Source of the DNA: a virus
Virus record (IMG/VR): IMGVR_UViG_3300025576_000001
Coordinates: 1 to 64,000 of that record
Reading direction: 5' to 3' (one strand)
Length of the DNA: 64,000 bases
Positions 58,223 through 64,000 of the stretch are shown here, piece after piece (the first letter of the stretch is position 1; each line of letters starts with the position of its first letter). The notes under the pieces are model-generated. The model searched no databases. It was not told where the DNA came from and saw only the letters and a program-made list of their open reading frames with translations. The position numbers and the translations under genes were made by a program.

Positions 58223-60634
58223 ATGGCAAAGCCAGCGCGCATAGCAGAGGTGCGAGCCGAGCACCTATTGACTGAGTTGCTCACGTCTCAGGGCTGGAAT
58301 GTAGAACATCCCCCGAAGGGTGAACTACTGCGCCAGGGGGAATACAGGGACCACCCTCACCTACTGGACATCTTCAAAGGCAAGAGCAAGTCGTCCGGCG
58401 GTGGCGACGGAATGCCCGAGGCTTTGCTTGTTGACGAGAATCTGCAACCACTGGCCGTGGTGGAGGCCAAGGGTTCCGCCAAGGATCTTCCCAAAGCCAT
58501 CGACGAGGTAACAAACAAGTACGGTACGTGGTGCGTGGAGGCCGGATACACTCCCATCGCAATCGCGCTTGCCGGAACCACCGAGACGTCATTTGTGTTG
58601 CAGGTGTTCAAGTGGTCCAAAAACAAATGGATCACCGTCACCTATGACGGCAACCCTATCAGTTGGATTCCCAACCGCACCGACCTGGAACACTTGCGGG
58701 CACCCAACACACTAGCCGAATTGCGCCCGTCCGTTCCTCCGGCAGCGGTACTCGCCACCCGTGCCGACGAGATCAACCGCCTGCTACGTGAGGCCAATAT
58801 CACCGATGCCCAGCGCCCGGCGATCGTTGGATCAATTATGCTGGCACTGTGGAAATCAAAAGGCCAAATTCGGCGCGATCCGGAGTACATCCTTGGGGAC
58901 ATCAACGAAGCGTCTTCCAGGGCATTTTGGACAGCCGAGAAAGCCAGCATCGCGGACAGCCTACGGGTGCCCATCGCGAACAAGGATCTGGCCAAGAGGG
59001 CGGTGCGCATCGTTTCCATCTTGGAGCGACTTGGCGTAACTGTCCTGAGCGCAGAAACGGACTACCTGGGCCAACTGTACGAGACTTTCTTCACTTACGT
59101 CGGAGGTAACACAATAGGACAGATTTTCACTCCAAGGCACATGACCGCTTTCATGGCGGAAATCGCGGACGTGCAGCGCGATGACGATGTGCTTGACCCG
59201 GCGTGTGGGACAGGGGGCTTTCTGATCGCTGCCATGAACCGCGTGCAGCGACGTGGCAAGTTGTCACGGGTGCAGATGATCGAAATTGTGAAGAAGCACT
59301 TGGTAGGCTTTGAAGTTGAGCCCACCACGGCGGCTCTCTGCATTGCCAATATGGTACTGCGTGGGGACGGCTCCACGCGGGTACATCCGGTTAGTTGTTT
59401 CACGTCGAAGAAGTTCGAGGTTGGTCAAGCCAATATCGTCTTGATGAACCCTCCATTTCCTCACGAGTCGACCGACAGACCTCCGGAGGAGTTCATTGCA
59501 AGGGCACTGGAAGGACTGCGAACCCGTGGCCTATTCGTGGCAATCGTTCCGCAGTCCCTCTTGGTCAAGCGTGAGAAGCAGCAGTGGCGCGACGAGATCC
59601 TGCAAAAGCATACACTTAGCGGAGTGATCACCTTGCCGGATGAACTCTTTCAACCGTTTGCGGCTGCCACCACGGCCATCCTAATCTTGGAAAAGGGCAT
59701 ACCGCACCCCAATGATCGACGTGTCTTTTTTGCCAGGGTGGAGAACGACGGATTCAAATTGAAGAAGGGTGTGCGCATTCCACGTGAGGGAGACGAATTG
59801 CCAACTATACTTGATGCCTATCGTAACAAAAAGACAATCCCTGGCATTAGCGGACTTTCAGTGCTTGATCGAGATCGGAGTTTCGCGCCGGGCGCCTATA
59901 TCCCTGCGCGGCCTTTGAGTGAAGCGGAAGTGACTGCGGGAGTTCTCGCACTCATCCGCAACCGCACCGCGTTCACGACCTTACACGCTGCCGAGATCGT
60001 TAATCTCAGACGTGAGGCCAGTTCGTACCGTGCGATGAAGAAGTCGCCCATCCCTAGCGCGCCCACTAGCAAAACGATCGGCGGCTACTTCGATATTTTC
60101 TACGGGCAGAAAAGCCTTCACAACAAGGAGAAGTTGCTATTGGGCACATCCCTCGTGATCTCGTCAAGCGGCGTGGACAATGGTTGCTACGGTTTCTTTG
60201 ATCTCGAAACCTTGATTGAGCCTCCGTTTGTCACCGTTCCTAGCACCGGAAGCATTGCGGTGGCTCATGTTCAAGAATTGCCGTGTGGGGTTACGGATGA
60301 CTGTTTGATCATGCTACCCAAAAAGGACGTGCCGCACGAGCTTCTCTATGTTGCAGCCGCAGTCATTCGGTCAGAGGCATGGAGGTTTAGCTACGGCAGG
60401 AAGGCGACTCCGGATCGCATATCTGGCTTCCCGTTACCTGTCGGCAAGGAGTTGATTGAGTGTGTGCGCGTTTACATGGAACGAGCGGCACAGGTGGAAC
60501 ACCTTGCACTAGAACATGCAGAGGATGCAATTGACGAACAGATAGCACGCAAACGACGGTTACAGGAGAAGGAGAATCCCGGAAGGCTCATTGGTGGAGA
60601 TATGTTAGAGAAAAGGCTGGCGGAGCTGGAATAG
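58223..60634 (+). CDS. fused restriction-modification enzyme (REase + N6-MTase + TRD) with antitoxin-like C-terminal tail
   Basis: PE...VVEAK nuclease, GQIFTP, DPACGTGGFL, NPPF, TRD ending RFSYGRK, tail EDAIDEQIARKR...LEKRLAELE. Confidence 0.85.
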   Translation: MAKPARIAEVRAEHLLTELLTSQGWNVEHPPKGELLRQGEYRDHPHLLDIFKGKSKSSGGGDGMPEALLVDENLQPLAVVEAKGSAKDLPKAIDEVTNKYGTWCVEAGYTPIAIALAGTTETSFVLQVFKWSKNKWITVTYDGNPISWIPNRTDLEHLRAPNTLAELRPSVPPAAVLATRADEINRLLREANITDAQRPAIVGSIMLALWKSKGQIRRDPEYILGDINEASSRAFWTAEKASIADSLRVPIANKDLAKRAVRIVSILERLGVTVLSAETDYLGQLYETFFTYVGGNTIGQIFTPRHMTAFMAEIADVQRDDDVLDPACGTGGFLIAAMNRVQRRGKLSRVQMIEIVKKHLVGFEVEPTTAALCIANMVLRGDGSTRVHPVSCFTSKKFEVGQANIVLMNPPFPHESTDRPPEEFIARALEGLRTRGLFVAIVPQSLLVKREKQQWRDEILQKHTLSGVITLPDELFQPFAAATTAILILEKGIPHPNDRRVFFARVENDGFKLKKGVRIPREGDELPTILDAYRNKKTIPGISGLSVLDRDRSFAPGAYIPARPLSEAEVTAGVLALIRNRTAFTTLHAAEIVNLRREASSYRAMKKSPIPSAPTSKTIGGYFDIFYGQKSLHNKEKLLLGTSLVISSSGVDNGCYGFFDLETLIEPPFVTVPSTGSIAVAHVQELPCGVTDDCLIMLPKKDVPHELLYVAAAVIRSEAWRFSYGRKATPDRISGFPLPVGKELIECVRVYMERAAQVEHLALEHAEDAIDEQIARKRRLQEKENPGRLIGGDMLEKRLAELE

Positions 60635-60643
60635 GCTACGACG

Positions 60644-60922
60644 ATGCCTTTAGTCGGTTTTTTGTGGGATCCGGAAGCCCTGGAACGATTAGCCGAGATT
60701 CCCGGCAAACAGAGAGCGCAGATCATAAAGAAAGCGCGGGCCTTAATAATAGATTCTCATCCTCCTGGGACAAAGAAATTGTCTGGCATGGAAGGAGAAG
60801 ACGGAGTACCGCTTTACCGCCAGCGTTCAGGTGATTATCGCATTCTCTACGAAGTCAGAACAAAACCACATACGATCATTGTCATTCGAGACGTTGACGA
60901 CCGAAAGGATGTGTACAGGTGA
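60644..60922 (+). CDS. RelE/ParE-family toxin
   Basis: HPPGTKKLSG..LYRQRSGDYRILYEV...DDRKDVYR. Confidence 0.9.
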   Translation: MPLVGFLWDPEALERLAEIPGKQRAQIIKKARALIIDSHPPGTKKLSGMEGEDGVPLYRQRSGDYRILYEVRTKPHTIIVIRDVDDRKDVYR

Positions 60923-61086
60923 AGCCAGGGAAGTCCAAGGGCAAGAAGGAACAGGACCAGGAGATGCGGATGCCGGCCAAGGAGTTTGACCGCATCATGG
61001 GGCGAGTCATGGGAGCACCGGAAACGCCGCGCAAACCGGAGGCCCTGGAGGACAAGCCGAAGGACCAGGAGGGTCAGAAGAAGTAA
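60919..61086 (+). CDS. small transposon-terminal protein
   Basis: MKPGKSK...MPAKEFDRIMGRVMGAP; GTGA overlap with the toxin. Confidence 0.5.
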   Translation: MKPGKSKGKKEQDQEMRMPAKEFDRIMGRVMGAPETPRKPEALEDKPKDQEGQKK

Positions 61087-61149
61087 CGCTGACCGTCAGC
61101 TAGGTATGAGGGCTGATTTTCCCCCAGTGTTGTGAAGTGCATACTCGCC

Positions 61150-61365
61150 GAACGCTCCGACGTGCTCGCCGTAGAGCTGCGCAAGCGTGAACGCGAGGTG
61201 ATAGCCGAATACCTTGGAAAACACCGTGGCCACGTCGGTGAGACGGCTACGGCGCTTGGCCTGACCAGGCGTGCCCTGGAATACAAGATGGAAGCCCACG
61301 GCCTGCGGGAAGAAGCCGCCAAGGCCCGCGAGCAAGCCGGCATCGGCGGTCCCCGGACGGCATAA
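61150..61365 (+). pseudogene. Fis-type HTH gene separated from its start by the transposon
   Basis: EREVIAEYL...GHVGETATALGLTRRALEYKM. Confidence 0.6.
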
Positions 61366-61549
61366 CTGCGCAATTATCTTCGCATGATAGGGAAATGAGT
61401 TACGCACCTATATTCGCAATGAAGTTGCGCTTCTGCCATTCGGTCCAGTCGGTCATCGGCTACCTCCAAAGGCATCGTGCGCGTGCGAGATGAAAGAGTC
61501 AAGTTGTTTTTTAGTTGCCTTTCGACTTTCGCTATGCTACCGATAGAAC

Positions 61550-61741
61550 ATGAGCAAGAAAACCGTTCCCACAAAAGAAGAGGGTTTCACGCGACTATGG
61601 GGCGTCCGTTTCCGACCGGAGGAAGCCACTCTCATCGAAGACGAAGCCCGCGCCAAGAACGTGAAGCCCGGTACGTATATCCGCATGGCGGCCATGGAAT
61701 CTGCACGAATCCATCAACGCACGAGAGGAGAAGCCAGGTGA
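61550..61741 (+). CDS. ribbon-helix-helix protein
   Basis: GVRFRPEEATLIEDEARAKNVKPGTYIR. Confidence 0.55.
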   Translation: MSKKTVPTKEEGFTRLWGVRFRPEEATLIEDEARAKNVKPGTYIRMAAMESARIHQRTRGEAR

Positions 61742-62181
61742 AGGGCCGCTTTGTTTCCCAGAAAGAATTGGCACCATCCACGGCCGTCGCCAAAAATTGG
61801 GGGCCTCCGCGTGACGGTTGGCTGGTCATTGTGCATGCATTCCTAGCACACGTGCGCGTCGCCATCCTGCCTCATCCGTGTCTAGGAACTTCCTGTTGGT
61901 TGTGGCAAGGAGCGAGGGACGATGACTATGGGCTATTCCAGCTCGCTGGGACAAAGGCCTCGACGGCGTGCAGGGCGTCCTGGCTGATCCATCGCGGTCC
62001 TATCCCGCATCGACGATGGGTCTTGCACAAATGCGACGTCAAGCAGTGTGTCAACCCCGATCATCTATTTCTGGGAAACAACCGCGCGAATAGACAGGAT
62101 TTCGGGCAGAAGCATCGGAGCGGCCACCTTGTCCTAGCGGCCGAATACGCCGCCAGTGAGCAATCCAACGGGATAGGATAG
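61738..62181 (+). CDS. HNH endonuclease
   Basis: CWLWQG..YG..VLHKCDVKQCVNPDHLFLG. Confidence 0.8.
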   Translation: MKGRFVSQKELAPSTAVAKNWGPPRDGWLVIVHAFLAHVRVAILPHPCLGTSCWLWQGARDDDYGLFQLAGTKASTACRASWLIHRGPIPHRRWVLHKCDVKQCVNPDHLFLGNNRANRQDFGQKHRSGHLVLAAEYAASEQSNGIG

Positions 62182-62353
62182 CCACTATTTGTCACCATTC
62201 GCAACTTTCTAGCGTCCTAATTTGTCATCACACAACGCGCAACGCCGCTATCTATTCAAAACTATTAGTGCCTTTGACGCGACAGTGCTTGGACGCGATT
62301 TTGCAATACCCTAGGTCAAGATGGCAACGACAAACGCAACGCAGGAGGCCCAG

Positions 62354-62605
62354 ATGACCATGACGCAGACCCGCACACTGACCCGAAGCGAACTCAGCAC
62401 TATCGCATATGACTACGCGCGTGCTGGCGGACGAGACACCTCGATCGAGACTGCGCTCGACCTGCTAGACGGAGCGCGTAGCAGCATGATCGGCCGCGAG
62501 GATGTCGCAGAAATCGAGATCGAGGATGGTGACGCGGAGATCGTGCAGACCGCTCTGACACAAGCAGTCGCGCAGATGATCGAGGATGAGGCAGCTACCG
62601 CGTAG
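62354..62605 (+). CDS. hypothetical protein
   Basis: AGGAGG RBS before MTMTQT. Confidence 0.6.
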   Translation: MTMTQTRTLTRSELSTIAYDYARAGGRDTSIETALDLLDGARSSMIGREDVAEIEIEDGDAEIVQTALTQAVAQMIEDEAATA

Positions 62606-62658
62606 TCCCTCTCGCGGAGCCGGTCGACCGTGGCCGGCTGAGTGAGGAGGATCACACC

Positions 62659-63198
62659 ATGGATCACACCTGGATAGCCGACCGAATCCGCGCCACCGAA
62701 CGCGCCCCCCAGCCCGGCGATGCACTCGAGGCCTGCGTGGCAGACGCGCTCCAGGTCGGCTCGCGCGTCGTCCCGCAGCCGACCGGACTGTCCCGCGCTT
62801 TCGTCGAGGCGATGTGGCGCGCGAGAGGAGCAGAGTCGTCAACGACCCCTCCGGCCGTACAAGCAATGAGTTGGGAGAAACTGCCACCCGTCAATGCGGG
62901 CGCCGTCGCCTGCCGCAACTGTGGTTGTGGCGCGCATAGTGACCTGGAGATGGACCGCGTGATAGCCGTCGGCTTTGGCAGCGCTGGATACAGTCGCGAC
63001 GGTGAGACGCTGTGGTCGGAAGATCACGCGATGGACGAGAGCGAATACCCGACGGTCGCGCACGTCGAGGAGTTGGCCAAGGCTGACCCGGATCATGACT
63101 GGCGCATCTTCTTCTATGCGCCGCTGTACGAAGCCGAGTATCAGCGCCAGTGGGACAAGGTGTGGGTGCTCGTTCGCAAGGGAGAGGGCTTCGCGTAA
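62659..63198 (+). CDS. hypothetical phage protein
   Basis: GAGGAGG RBS; CRNC; PDHDWRI..APLY..YQRQ. Confidence 0.6.
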   Translation: MDHTWIADRIRATERAPQPGDALEACVADALQVGSRVVPQPTGLSRAFVEAMWRARGAESSTTPPAVQAMSWEKLPPVNAGAVACRNCGCGAHSDLEMDRVIAVGFGSAGYSRDGETLWSEDHAMDESEYPTVAHVEELAKADPDHDWRIFFYAPLYEAEYQRQWDKVWVLVRKGEGFA

Positions 63199-63425
63199 TG
63201 CCTGCCAGGAGCGCCCCCTGTCGTGGCTGTTGTGGTAACTGCGGGAAGCACATCCCCATCCCGACATTCGAGGAAGCTATCAACGCCTTGAAGGGCAGCG
63301 AGGATCCGGTCTGGCACATGGGACACCTCATGCGGTGGTACAGCGGAACACCAGACGAGGGCGACGGCATCGAGGCAATCAAGGTTCGCTGCAAGGACTG
63401 CGGCGGGGAAGGCTTCGCGCCATGA
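63198..63425 (+). CDS. small Zn-finger protein
   Basis: CGNC..CKDC; TAATG coupling. Confidence 0.5.
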   Translation: MPARSAPCRGCCGNCGKHIPIPTFEEAINALKGSEDPVWHMGHLMRWYSGTPDEGDGIEAIKVRCKDCGGEGFAP

Positions 63426-63619
63426 GCTTCGACATCCACGTCACCCTGAAGGCCAAGAGCGCGAAGGCGATTCTCGTCGAGGACGAAGACGGCGAGGAAG
63501 TTTGGATCCCCAACAGTCAGATCGACGACGACTCCGAAATCTGGGAGGACAGCGAGAAGGGCGAAGAGGGCAAACTCGTCATTTCCGAATGGCTCGCAAC
63601 ACAGAAGGGATGGCTATGA
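63422..63619 (+). CDS. small acidic phage protein
   Basis: KAILV..EEVWIPNSQI...ISEWLATQKG. Confidence 0.6.
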   Translation: MSFDIHVTLKAKSAKAILVEDEDGEEVWIPNSQIDDDSEIWEDSEKGEEGKLVISEWLATQKGWL

Positions 63620-63822
63620 GCAAAGCATCGACCAAGGCCGCCCGCGAGGCCCGCGACAACTACGAGCGACGCGAGAGAATCGGCGCCGCCTGGTATTTGT
63701 TCGAGCTTGCGGTGCAGGGTATGGTGCCCAAGACGCCCTACTACTTGCTTTCCGAGGCAGAACGCGAAGACCTGCGAGCCCGCGGTGAGACCCTGGGCAA
63801 GACGCTGGTGAGGGCCACATGA
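63616..63822 (+). CDS. hypothetical protein
   Basis: ATGA-coupled ORF MSKASTK. Confidence 0.45.
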   Translation: MSKASTKAAREARDNYERRERIGAAWYLFELAVQGMVPKTPYYLLSEAEREDLRARGETLGKTLVRAT

Positions 63823-64000
63823 CCCGCCCCTGGGCCGACACTTTCCCGCGAACGCTTCTCGGCGCGCTGCTGCTCGCCGCGCTGCTGGCGGAAATGCTGG
63901 TGATGCTGTGACGTTCACCGACGAGGAACTTGCGGGAAGATTCGCGGCAGCATGGGCGAGTGGTGGCACGCGGGACAATCCGCATCCTGGAGAGGCTGAC

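Larger units (their letters stand above)
57197..61149 (+). mobile_element. IS1595-family transposon (ISNwi1-like ends) with passenger genes
   Basis: 23-bp IRs GGCGATTATGCACTTGACAACAC (57197) and revcomp GGCGAGTATGCACTTCACAACAC (61127-61149), 2 mismatches. Confidence 0.85.

Overview
High-GC (visually about 65-68%) tailed-phage or prophage segment with a nearly complete myovirus-type virion module on the + strand. Order: ParB/MTase-like/DUF5131 cluster, terminase, portal, MuF, scaffold, major capsid, neck, sheath, tube, frameshifting chaperone, tape measure, baseplate, fibres, then scattered lysis genes (GH24 lysozyme, SLT, papain-like peptidase, membrane proteins). Cys-rich 'PDAG' lipoproteins hint at a Myxococcota host (inference). 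No integrase, replication genes, tRNA or CRISPR array were seen. Accessory content: (i) an IS1595-family transposon (57197-61149) whose restriction-modification fusion ends in an antitoxin-like tail directly upstream of a RelE toxin, a candidate RM-guarding toxin system; (ii) a densely base-paired ~520-nt non-coding region right after the major capsid gene, a candidate large ncRNA; (iii) a TnpB-only IS200/IS605 element and a 49-bp collapsed element, both inserted at ATGA start codons; (iv) an inverted glycosyltransferase/HTH-sigma70 region 4/FkbM cassette inside the head module; (v) a recently amplified 7 x 135-bp beta-propeller inside a baseplate gene; (vi) a HAD-metallopeptidase fusion next to the portal. 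All calls come from motif recognition and gene order by eye; no searches were run.
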